DNA of 42,567 nucleotides, taken from positions 1 to 42,567 of the forward strand of contig JAIRPZ010000140.1 in assembly GCA_031256755.1 (NCBI GenBank), written 5' to 3'. The position numbers and the translations under genes were made by a program. The stretch comes from Planctomycetaceae bacterium (GTDB taxonomy: Bacteria; Planctomycetota; Planctomycetia; Pirellulales; Thermoguttaceae). This document shows, piece after piece, positions 7,784 through 15,010 of the stretch. Below the pieces are notes generated by a model. That model was not told the origin of the DNA. It made no database searches and saw only the letters and a list, made by a program, of their open reading frames with translations. Every line of letters begins with the position of its first letter. Position 1 is the first letter of the stretch.

Positions 7784-9589
7784 GTGAAATACTTTTTTTA
7801 TACCGTTTTTTTTCTTGCGTCGCTGGGGACCATCGGAGCCGTTATGAATCCTCCGCTGGCAAAGAAATGGGCTGCATTCGCCGGCATCGATCTCTTTCCC
7901 GGTTCAGACCATTCTTCGGAACCGGTTTCCGCTGATGATCAAATAAAGAAATTTATGGATCAGTATGCAACGGATCACTCTTCCGATCGCAGCCGGGAAG
8001 CACTGCACGCGGATGCTTCCCGTTACACGCCGGACATTCCGCCGCTTGCACCGCCGGCAAGTGTTCCCATTCCGCCGGTTTCCGCTATGCCTGTCGCTAT
8101 GCCGCCGGCGATGACACCTGAACCGGCTTCGGTTCCCGCCGCACCGCCCGTTGCTTCCGCTTGGAACAACGGCAATCCTACACCGCCGGTTTCGGACAAT
8201 TTTTCGTCTGAAGCCGTGAGTCCGCTTACCCCTTTGCCGGTACAGGAAAACGTTCCGGCACCGGCACCGTCCGTTTATGCGGCGGTCATGTCGCAGGCAC
8301 CGCCGCAAGACAGACCGCCGCTGCCGGAACCGCTGCAAGAAACACCGCCGCCTGCGCCGGCAGCGGGGATTTCCGATCCGTTTGCCGCGTCCTATCAGCC
8401 GGTCCATCCTGCCGGTTTCGCACCGGTCAATGAAACGCCGCCGCCTGCCGCACCGCCGGTTCCTCCGAATCCACCGAACCCGCCAACGGTGCAGGTTCCG
8501 CCTTCGTCCATTCAAACGCCCTCCATGTTAATCGAAGATGTGCATTGTCCCGGTACAGAAACAGTGGCCCGTGTCGGCACGCAGGTTATCTTAATGTGCG
8601 ATATTCTGCCGAAAATCCGCCGGACGGCGATCAGAGTGATGAACGAAAACCTCAAACGGATGCCGCCGGAAGAACGTGCCAAAATCGCGCCGGAAGAGAT
8701 TGATCTGGGAATGAATGCCTTTATCGAATCCTGTTATCCCTCGTTTTTGCAGGAACAGGTTCTCCTTGCACTGATTTACAACGATTATGTTCTTTCCAAA
8801 GTGAAGGCGGAACGGGATCATTTCGATGCGAGAATCGGCGAAGAGTTTGACCGTAATGAAGTACCGGCAATGATGAAAGAATTCGGCACGGAGGATCTTT
8901 TTTCGCTCAAAAATTATTTGAAAGAAAAACTCGGCAGTTCGCTGGAACGGGAACGAATGCTCTGGATTCGGGAGCGGATCGCGCAGCAGTGGATTGCTGC
9001 CGCAGCCCAAAAAGCCACAAACGTTTGTAATCACGATGAAATGCACGAGTTTTATGAGAAAAATATGTCTATGTTTACGGCAAAGGCGAAAGCCCGGTGG
9101 CAGGAAATGGTCGTGCTGACTTCGCGGCATAAAACGGAAGACGAAGCGATGAAAAAGATTTGCTGGATGGGGAATCAGGTGCAGTCCGGCGCACCGTTTG
9201 AAGAGATTGCCAAAGCCAATTCGGACGGAGCCACTGCTTCCGGCGGCGGCGTGTGGGATTGGACTGCCAAAGGGAGTTTGACATCGCCGGAACTGGAACA
9301 AGCCGTTTTTTCGCAGCCGATCGGTTCGTTAAGTCCGGCTATTATCAAAACGGAAAAGGGGCTGCACATCATTAAGGTTTTAGAGCGGGAAGAGGCGAAA
9401 ATTACGCCGTTTATCGATGCCCAGGTTGTGATTCGGGAACAGATTCGGAATCAGCGCGGACAGCGTTATCAGGACGAATACATTGCCGAATTGCGGCGGA
9501 AGTTTCCCGCAGAGATACTGAAAGATAAAATAGACCTCAAAGGAAATGTCCCGTCATCTGCACAAACCCCCTATGCTGTCCAACGTTAA
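7784..9589 (+). CDS. parvulin-type peptidyl-prolyl isomerase (SurA/PrsA-like) with TM anchor and roughly 200-aa Pro-rich linker
   Basis: GTG start followed by the hydrophobic stretch KYFFYTVFFLASLGTIGAV and a long P/A/V-rich segment. The C-terminal PpiC domain reads FEEIAKANSDG...GGVWDWTAKGSL...GLHIIKVLER. Confidence 0.8.
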   Translation: MKYFFYTVFFLASLGTIGAVMNPPLAKKWAAFAGIDLFPGSDHSSEPVSADDQIKKFMDQYATDHSSDRSREALHADASRYTPDIPPLAPPASVPIPPVSAMPVAMPPAMTPEPASVPAAPPVASAWNNGNPTPPVSDNFSSEAVSPLTPLPVQENVPAPAPSVYAAVMSQAPPQDRPPLPEPLQETPPPAPAAGISDPFAASYQPVHPAGFAPVNETPPPAAPPVPPNPPNPPTVQVPPSSIQTPSMLIEDVHCPGTETVARVGTQVILMCDILPKIRRTAIRVMNENLKRMPPEERAKIAPEEIDLGMNAFIESCYPSFLQEQVLLALIYNDYVLSKVKAERDHFDARIGEEFDRNEVPAMMKEFGTEDLFSLKNYLKEKLGSSLERERMLWIRERIAQQWIAAAAQKATNVCNHDEMHEFYEKNMSMFTAKAKARWQEMVVLTSRHKTEDEAMKKICWMGNQVQSGAPFEEIAKANSDGATASGGGVWDWTAKGSLTSPELEQAVFSQPIGSLSPAIIKTEKGLHIIKVLEREEAKITPFIDAQVVIREQIRNQRGQRYQDEYIAELRRKFPAEILKDKIDLKGNVPSSAQTPYAVQR

Positions 9590-10196
9590 TTGTTCTCAAA
9601 CGCCGCTGCTTGTTGTTTCGGGACCTTCCGGTGTCGGTAAGGGAACGCTGCTGCAAAAGGTTTTCGCTGAAAGCGGATTTCCGCTGCAAATGAGTGTTTC
9701 GGCGACGACCCGCAGTCCGCGTCCCGGCGAAATTGACGGGAAGCATTATCATTTTTTGAGTGCCGGTGATTTTGAGAACAGGCGGCTTGCCGGCGAATTT
9801 CTGGAATGTTTTGAGGTGTTCGGGACGGGAACGTGGTACGGCACGCTGCGGCAGACGGTTGCAGAAGGTCTTGCTGCCGGCTGCTGGGTTGTTTTGGAAA
9901 TTGATGTGAATGGTGCCAAAAAAGTGAAAGAACAGTTTCCTGATGCGGTGACGTTTTTCATTGAGCCGAAAAACATTGATGTTCTGAAAGCGCGTTTGCA
10001 GGGGCGAGGTACGGAGACGGAGGAAGCGATGCGCCGGCGGCTGGCGACGGCACTTGAAGAATTGAAACATGCCGGCGAGTTTGACTACCGGATCATTAAT
10101 GAAGATATTGATACCGCTGTTCAGGAATTTACCGCAATTCTCAAGAATCTGCGGACGGTTTCGCAGGGCGTTTCCGAAGCCGGCGAAACCGCCTGA
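9573..10196 (+). CDS. gmk: guanylate kinase
   Basis: P-loop VVSGPSGVGKGTL and SATTRSPRPGEIDGKHYHF. Start is ATG 9573, with 9546 as an alternative. Either start overlaps the end of the PPIase gene. Confidence 0.9.
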   Translation: MLSNVNCSQTPLLVVSGPSGVGKGTLLQKVFAESGFPLQMSVSATTRSPRPGEIDGKHYHFLSAGDFENRRLAGEFLECFEVFGTGTWYGTLRQTVAEGLAAGCWVVLEIDVNGAKKVKEQFPDAVTFFIEPKNIDVLKARLQGRGTETEEAMRRRLATALEELKHAGEFDYRIINEDIDTAVQEFTAILKNLRTVSQGVSEAGETA

Positions 10197-10210
10197 CAAA
10201 TAGACATTCG

Positions 10211-11140
10211 CTAGGCAATATCTTTGTCCTCAAAAAGCAGCAGTGAAACAATCAGCAAAACGCCGCAGTACAGACATGTGTACACAACCGTTCCGCCGAC
10301 ATAACTCCATGGAACCGCCCGCTCCATCGCCACAGCGGTCTCCATACTGAAATGATCAAGATTCGGCAGCACCGCACTGGCGACATCCGCCGCGAAAACA
10401 ACCATCGGAAACTGTCCCATAGACGACTGCACAATCACCGGAACAATATTGCCCAAAAGATAGATCATCAGCGTGAGCGTCAAATTCGGCAGCAGCGGCA
10501 GCCGGGTTGAGACCGTGATCGCAACCGCCGCTAAAATAACCGTTTCCAAATAAGAAAGAGCCATACCGGGCAATATATCCCCGACAGCCGCCGCACATTC
10601 AACAGCGGTCGGTACTTCTTTAGAAGATTCGCGGGCATCGTAAACCACTTTGTACGAAACGGCATTCAGAAAAAACGTTCCGAGAATCAGAAACAGCAGT
10701 GTGACGGCAATCATCACGCCGGCATATTTACCGATGATAAATTTCGTCCGGCTCAACGGTTTTGCAAGAGCCATTAACGCGGTCTTGCCGTCAAGTTCGT
10801 CTGCAATCGTGGTACTGGCTGCCCAGACCGCCAAAAAGGCGGCAAAAAGTTTGACCACGGTGATTCCCTGCGTGATGACCAGTTTAATATCTTCCCCAAA
10901 CGTGTTGTAAGGGATCAGCAGGAACATGAACAGGGCGAATAAACCGACCAATGTCAGAATGACAAACAGCGGCTGAAGAACGGATTCTTTCGCCGTAATC
11001 CATGCAACGGCTCCGGCTTTCGGGAATACGCTGCGTAAAGCGAAAACGGCTGCACCGAACAGGATGAATACGGCAGCGGCACCAAGGTCAATGTACTTTA
11101 ATCCCTGAATCCAACTGGGAATAACAACAGCGGCAAACAT
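10211..11140 (-). CDS. ABC-2-type transporter permease subunit (NosY/GldF-like), orphan
   Basis: 309 aa with about 6 TM helices and the motif ADELDGKTALMALAKPLSRTKFIIGKYAG, typical of ABC-2 permeases. No ATPase gene is adjacent. Confidence 0.75.
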   Translation of the reverse strand: MFAAVVIPSWIQGLKYIDLGAAAVFILFGAAVFALRSVFPKAGAVAWITAKESVLQPLFVILTLVGLFALFMFLLIPYNTFGEDIKLVITQGITVVKLFAAFLAVWAASTTIADELDGKTALMALAKPLSRTKFIIGKYAGVMIAVTLLFLILGTFFLNAVSYKVVYDARESSKEVPTAVECAAAVGDILPGMALSYLETVILAAVAITVSTRLPLLPNLTLTLMIYLLGNIVPVIVQSSMGQFPMVVFAADVASAVLPNLDHFSMETAVAMERAVPWSYVGGTVVYTCLYCGVLLIVSLLLFEDKDIA

Positions 11141-11181
11141 TGTGTTGAGTAATTGTCAAAGGCTTTAATAAAAAACTTCCG

Positions 11182-11435
11182 TTGATTTTAACCGGAACGG
11201 AACGGATTGCAAGACGGCAGGGGATATTGGAGACGGCAGACGGCAGAAATGAGACGGCAGATAGCAGATTGCAGACGGCAGCAAGAAAAAGAATTCCCCT
11301 TCTGCCGTCTTTTCCTCCTCTGCTGCCGTCTGCCGTCTGCAAACTGCCGTCTTCCTTCCCCCTCTTCTGCCGTCTGCAATCTGCTGTCTGCTGTCTCCAG
11401 TGCTGTCCTTCTCCCGCAGAAATGTTTATAATCAA
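11182..11435. repeat. palindromic heptanucleotide-repeat element H1 (AGACGGC-type arms around GAATTCCCC, AT-type outer arms)
   Basis: Five GACGGCAG copies start at 11213, 11232, 11239, 11253 and 11274. They are mirrored by five CTGCCGTC copies at 11302, 11323, 11330, 11344 and 11367. The 7-nt phase is kept from 11231 to about 11363. Outer arms are TTGATTTTAA (11182-11191) and TTATAATCAA (11426-11435). It is related to the element at 39011-39143. Confidence 0.85.
11427..11432 (+). promoter_or_regulatory. -10 box TATAAT for cstA (part of the outer arm of element H1)
   Basis: TATAAT lies 49 nt upstream of ATG 11481. A strong SD, AGGAGG, sits at 11470-11475. Confidence 0.35.
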
Positions 11436-11480
11436 CCGGTACAGCAAACAGGTTTGCCCTCAACCATACAGGAGGTTTCG

Positions 11481-13010
11481 ATGTATTCTTTTATTTTCGG
11501 CATAGCGGCATTGATATTGGGTTATTTTCTTTACGGCAAAATCGCCGAGCGGATTTTTGTTATCCGGCCGGAAGCCGAAACACCGGCTGTCCGGCGGAAT
11601 GACGGCGTGGACTTTGTACCGATGTCCGCATGGAAAGCCACACTGATTCAACTTCTCAACATCGCCGGAACCGGCCCCGTGTTCGGAGCCATTGCCGGAG
11701 CGTTATTCGGTCCGGCTGCTTTTGTGTGGATTGTCTTCGGCTGCATCTTCGCCGGTGCCGTACACGATTATATTCTCGGCATGCTTTCGATGCGGAATGA
11801 CGGTGCCAACATTGCGGAGATTGTCGGCAAATATCTCGGCAGGAAGCCGCTCATTGTCGTGCGGGTTTTCTCGCTGGTACTGCTCGTCTTTGTCGGCGCG
11901 GTGTTCGTAACCACTCCCGCACAAGTGCTGCAAACGATGTTTGCTCCGCTGCCGGAAGGAGAACGAATCGCTCTCTTTGACGGACACATGACCAATACGG
12001 AAATCTTTTATCTTTTCTGCATCGCCTCGATTATTTCTTATTATATTCTGGCAACGCTGCTTCCTATCGACAAAGTCATCGGCAGAATCTATCCTGTTTT
12101 CGGGGCATGCCTTCTGACAATGGCGGCGGGACTAACCGTGATGATGTTTGCGACCGGTGAAATCACCAAGATACCGGAGTTTTCGTTTGTGAATCTGCGT
12201 CCCGACCAAGGAAGCAATATTGCGGCGCATCTTTTCCCGTTCCTGTTTATCACGATTGCATGCGGTGCGGTTTCCGGTTTTCATGCGACTCAATCGCCGC
12301 TGATGGCCCGCTGTCTTAAAACAGAAAAGGAAGGACGCATGGTGTTTTACGGTGCGATGATTCTGGAAGGAATCGTGGCGATGATTTGGGCGGCGGTGAC
12401 GATGGCGCATTTTGACGTTGCCGGCAAAGTTGCGTCGGTGTCGGCACCGGTGATTGTTGCTCAATCTTGTACGGAATACATGGGCTGGCTTGGCGGGATT
12501 CTGGCGGTTTTTGGTGTGGTGGCTTGTCCGGTCACTTCGGGCGACACGGCGTTCCGCAGTGCGCGTCTCAGCATTGCTGATGCGATGAAGTTTGACCAGA
12601 AACCGCTGCGGAACCGTCTTGCGGTGGCTCTTCCTCTTTTTGCGGTTGGTGTGATTTTGGTACTGTTTTCTCTTGTCAGTATTGCGAACTTCAATATTAT
12701 ATGGCGTTATTTTGCGTGGGCGAATCAGACGCTGGCGGCGGTTGGTTTATGGGCGGCGAGTGCTTATCTTGCCAAAGCAGGCAGGAACTACTGGCTCACG
12801 TTGCTGCCTGCGGTGTGGATGACGGCGGTGACGGCAACGTATTTTTTCACTGCGGGAGAATGTCTCGGTTCTTTTGTGGAGAAAACGGCGGGGCGTTTTA
12901 CTTACACCGCAGGTCTCGCTCTTGGTCTGCTTTTCACGGCGGTACTCTTTGCCATGTTTATGCATTCCGCCGGCATCCGGCAGAAAAACCCCGCAGAAAG
13001 AGAGAAGTGA
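11481..13010 (+). CDS. cstA: carbon starvation protein A family transporter (peptide/pyruvate uptake)
   Basis: Polytopic protein containing LLNIAGTGPVFGAIAGALFGP...GAVHDY..SMRNDG, as in short CstA proteins. Start set at ATG 11481 behind AGGAGG. The ORF-track start at 11400 lies inside the repeat element. Confidence 0.85.
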   Translation: MYSFIFGIAALILGYFLYGKIAERIFVIRPEAETPAVRRNDGVDFVPMSAWKATLIQLLNIAGTGPVFGAIAGALFGPAAFVWIVFGCIFAGAVHDYILGMLSMRNDGANIAEIVGKYLGRKPLIVVRVFSLVLLVFVGAVFVTTPAQVLQTMFAPLPEGERIALFDGHMTNTEIFYLFCIASIISYYILATLLPIDKVIGRIYPVFGACLLTMAAGLTVMMFATGEITKIPEFSFVNLRPDQGSNIAAHLFPFLFITIACGAVSGFHATQSPLMARCLKTEKEGRMVFYGAMILEGIVAMIWAAVTMAHFDVAGKVASVSAPVIVAQSCTEYMGWLGGILAVFGVVACPVTSGDTAFRSARLSIADAMKFDQKPLRNRLAVALPLFAVGVILVLFSLVSIANFNIIWRYFAWANQTLAAVGLWAASAYLAKAGRNYWLTLLPAVWMTAVTATYFFTAGECLGSFVEKTAGRFTYTAGLALGLLFTAVLFAMFMHSAGIRQKNPAEREK

Positions 13011-13027
13011 AAGAGGAATCCTTGACA

Positions 13028-13131
13028 ATGGAAAATTGATAATTAAAAGAAGGAGTTCAACGGCTCGCGGCGGCCCTTTTCTTTCCGAAATTATCAATTA
13101 TTCATTATCAATTTTCAATTTTCAATTTCAG
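13028..13131. repeat. AT-type heptad-repeat palindromic element H3 between convergent genes
   Basis: Phase-locked heptads: AATTGAT AATTAAA ... ATTATCA ATTATTC ATTATCA ATTTTCA ATTTTCA. The 11-bp arms AATTGATAATT (13034-13044) and AATTATCAATT (13089-13099) are perfectly complementary. Confidence 0.75.
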
Positions 13132-13159
13132 GAACAGTTCTTATACTTTTTACGTTACG

Positions 13160-14401
13160 TTAACGATTGCCGGCGGCGATCAGACGGACAGCGGCGAATG
13201 ATAATCCGATACCCAGCAGCATATTGCACAGAATAAACATGGTAAGCGGTGCAGAACGGCGGTCTGCAAAGACTCTGACCGTATAAACCGGTTCCGGCAA
13301 GTCCGCATCAGCCGTCAACGGCATCAGCGGAACCAAATGCGAGGTCTGCGCGATAGCAGGCGGCGATGCCGTACTCACTGCCGGAGACACAAGATCCGCC
13401 AGAAGAATCGGCTGAACCGGATGAGGATGACGGCGATGATGATCAGAGACATCATGAGCCGGAACCGGATGATCAGAAATATGGGCAAAAACGGCGGCGG
13501 ACTGCGCACTGATGCGTGCGGCCGGCGGAATTCCGGGCGGAGACGAAGCCGGCGGCTGTACATAATGCCGCACCGGTACACTCACCGGCGGCACCGGAAC
13601 GGGCTGCGGACGAAAATCCCGGCTCTCCCGAAGCGAATGGAACGGTCCTCCCTTTTCGATACCGGCAAAATGCGTTTCGGGACGCGCCGGCAACCGCTCT
13701 ACATACGCAGACGTTTCCATCAAAAACCGGTTCACTCTCTCGCAAAAACTGCCGGCGGTGTTGCTGACCATATCCGATCCGAACAGCACACCGGCAAGTT
13801 CCCCCCGCTGATTCAAAATCGGACCGCCGGAATCCCCTTTGCGTGCGCTGACCGAAACCTCTACGATTTCATAAAGCGGAGTGCTTCCGTCTTTCGGATT
13901 TTCCGGTGTCAGGTAGCGGACACAGCGTCCTTCCGCAATACGGTAAGAACCGGAGCCGTAACCGGCAATCCAGAGCGGTTCGCCCGGTTTGGACGGGGTT
14001 TGCGACACAGGCAAAACCGGAATCGTTTGCGGCGGTTTGGAAACCGCAATCAACGCCAAATCCCACTTCGGATCGCTGCGGACAACGGCTCCGAATGATG
14101 AAAAACCGGACGGAAAATGAATATGGGTCAGTCCTTTCGTTTCACAAACCACGTGCCAGTTGGTCAAAACGATGCCGTATTCGCCGCTGATTCCCACATA
14201 GGCACCGGTACCGAAGGATTGACCGTTGGCATCGAAAGCGATGATTCGGACAACATAGGGCAGTATCGGCGGCGGTGCAGTACCGGCTGCCGGCTGACGA
14301 TAGGCATCATTCCGCCGGGGAACGCCGAATTCTTCGGATGCGGCTCTCCCGAAAAGAGCAAAAGAAACCGAAAAACAGAGGATTGCCCGGAAAATTTTCA
14401 T
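13160..14401 (-). CDS. trypsin-like (S1) serine protease with signal peptide, Pro-rich linker and C-terminal TM anchor
   Basis: Catalytic motifs TNWHVV (His), DLALIAV (Asp) and GDSGGP (Ser). Start set at ATG 14401 (MKIFRAILCFSVSFALFG, signal-like). The C-terminus MFILCNMLLGIGLSFAAVRLIA is hydrophobic. Confidence 0.85.
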   Translation of the reverse strand: MKIFRAILCFSVSFALFGRAASEEFGVPRRNDAYRQPAAGTAPPPILPYVVRIIAFDANGQSFGTGAYVGISGEYGIVLTNWHVVCETKGLTHIHFPSGFSSFGAVVRSDPKWDLALIAVSKPPQTIPVLPVSQTPSKPGEPLWIAGYGSGSYRIAEGRCVRYLTPENPKDGSTPLYEIVEVSVSARKGDSGGPILNQRGELAGVLFGSDMVSNTAGSFCERVNRFLMETSAYVERLPARPETHFAGIEKGGPFHSLRESRDFRPQPVPVPPVSVPVRHYVQPPASSPPGIPPAARISAQSAAVFAHISDHPVPAHDVSDHHRRHPHPVQPILLADLVSPAVSTASPPAIAQTSHLVPLMPLTADADLPEPVYTVRVFADRRSAPLTMFILCNMLLGIGLSFAAVRLIAAGNR

Positions 14402-14619
14402 TTCGGATGACGGCATCGGCAGGAAAATTGACTGGAGAAAAGGGGAGCCGGGAGCGGCAGCAACCAACGTATGTTCGGTTTTCGGAAAAACGTGCAAGAC
14501 ACCTGCAAGAAGAATCGGGCAGCCGTTTCGATCCGCCTATTAGACAGAAAGGGAATATCCCGCACGAGTTCCGCTGTCAGCCGCGGCAGCAACCCGCTCC
14601 CCATTTCGGCTCGCCGGTT

Positions 14620-14976
14620 TCACGCTGTTTGCATCGTCCCTTGTTCCCGTTTATTTTTGCGAATAATTTTCAATCGTTGCCAAAGACAGTAAGCGTAAAG
14701 ATAAAACAAGACATTAAAAACAGCGTAAATATGCGCCGAGCGAATCGTCCAATCGCCGCCGACGTTCTGATAACCTTGCCAAATAAGTCAATCTGTACAC
14801 GTAAATAAACCAAGCAGCACGAATATCGGTATCAACGGCTGCGATGCAACATTCTTACGCCAACCGAAAAAATACGGCAAAACACCTAACGTGAGCATCA
14901 GATAAATATCGCCTCGGCAAGCAGCGAACACGACCGGCGTTGCCAAGAAGAGACCGGGTGTTTCTAACGCAGCCAT
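14620..14976 (-). CDS. small 4-TM membrane protein ORF interrupted by one in-frame TGA (recoding candidate or pseudogene)
   Basis: The 64-aa ORF (ATG 14976, or TTG 14982) ends at a TGA at 14790-14788. The same frame stays open for 56 more codons, LIWQGYQNVGGDWTIRSAHIYAVFNVLFYLYAYCLWQRLKIIRKNKREQGTMQTA*, ending at 14620. That extension has a TM helix plus a basic tail but no start codon of its own. Confidence 0.4.
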
Positions 14977-15010
14977 TAACAAAAGATAATTTTTTAACGT
15001 ATTCGGAAGA

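Noticed and set aside
8591-9301. Long antisense or alternative-frame ORFs inside confident genes. Examples: 8591..9301(-), 7904..8515(-), 20979..21812(-), 26644..27525(+), 36137..36955(+), 37103..37978(+), 39495..40082(+), 716..1381(+).
   Set aside because: They have Arg/His/Cys/Phe-rich, low-complexity translations without recognisable motifs, and they fully overlap genes with clear family signatures. These are typical shadow ORFs.
11207-11400. Possible CRISPR array suggested by the regularly repeated short motif.
   Set aside because: The units are 7-9 nt, far shorter than CRISPR repeats. They are separated by 0-13 nt rather than about 30-nt unique spacers. They switch to the complementary orientation halfway, and no cas genes are present.
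11445-11476. CsrA-type regulation of the cstA leader, as in E. coli.
   Set aside because: The small hairpin GCAAA-CAGG-TTTGC presents CAGG rather than an A(N)GGA loop, and the only clear GGA is the SD itself. That is not enough to claim a CsrA site.
11088-11505. Four overlapping ORFs of 74-119 aa (RRQTADCRRQ..., LQTAARKR...) across the cstA upstream region. A similar 101-aa ORF lies at 39013..39318.
   Set aside because: They are six-frame translations of the AGACGGC/GCCGTCT heptad palindrome. Their Arg/Gln/Thr/Ala content is repetitive, they are open on both strands at once, and they have no RBS. They are artefacts, not genes.
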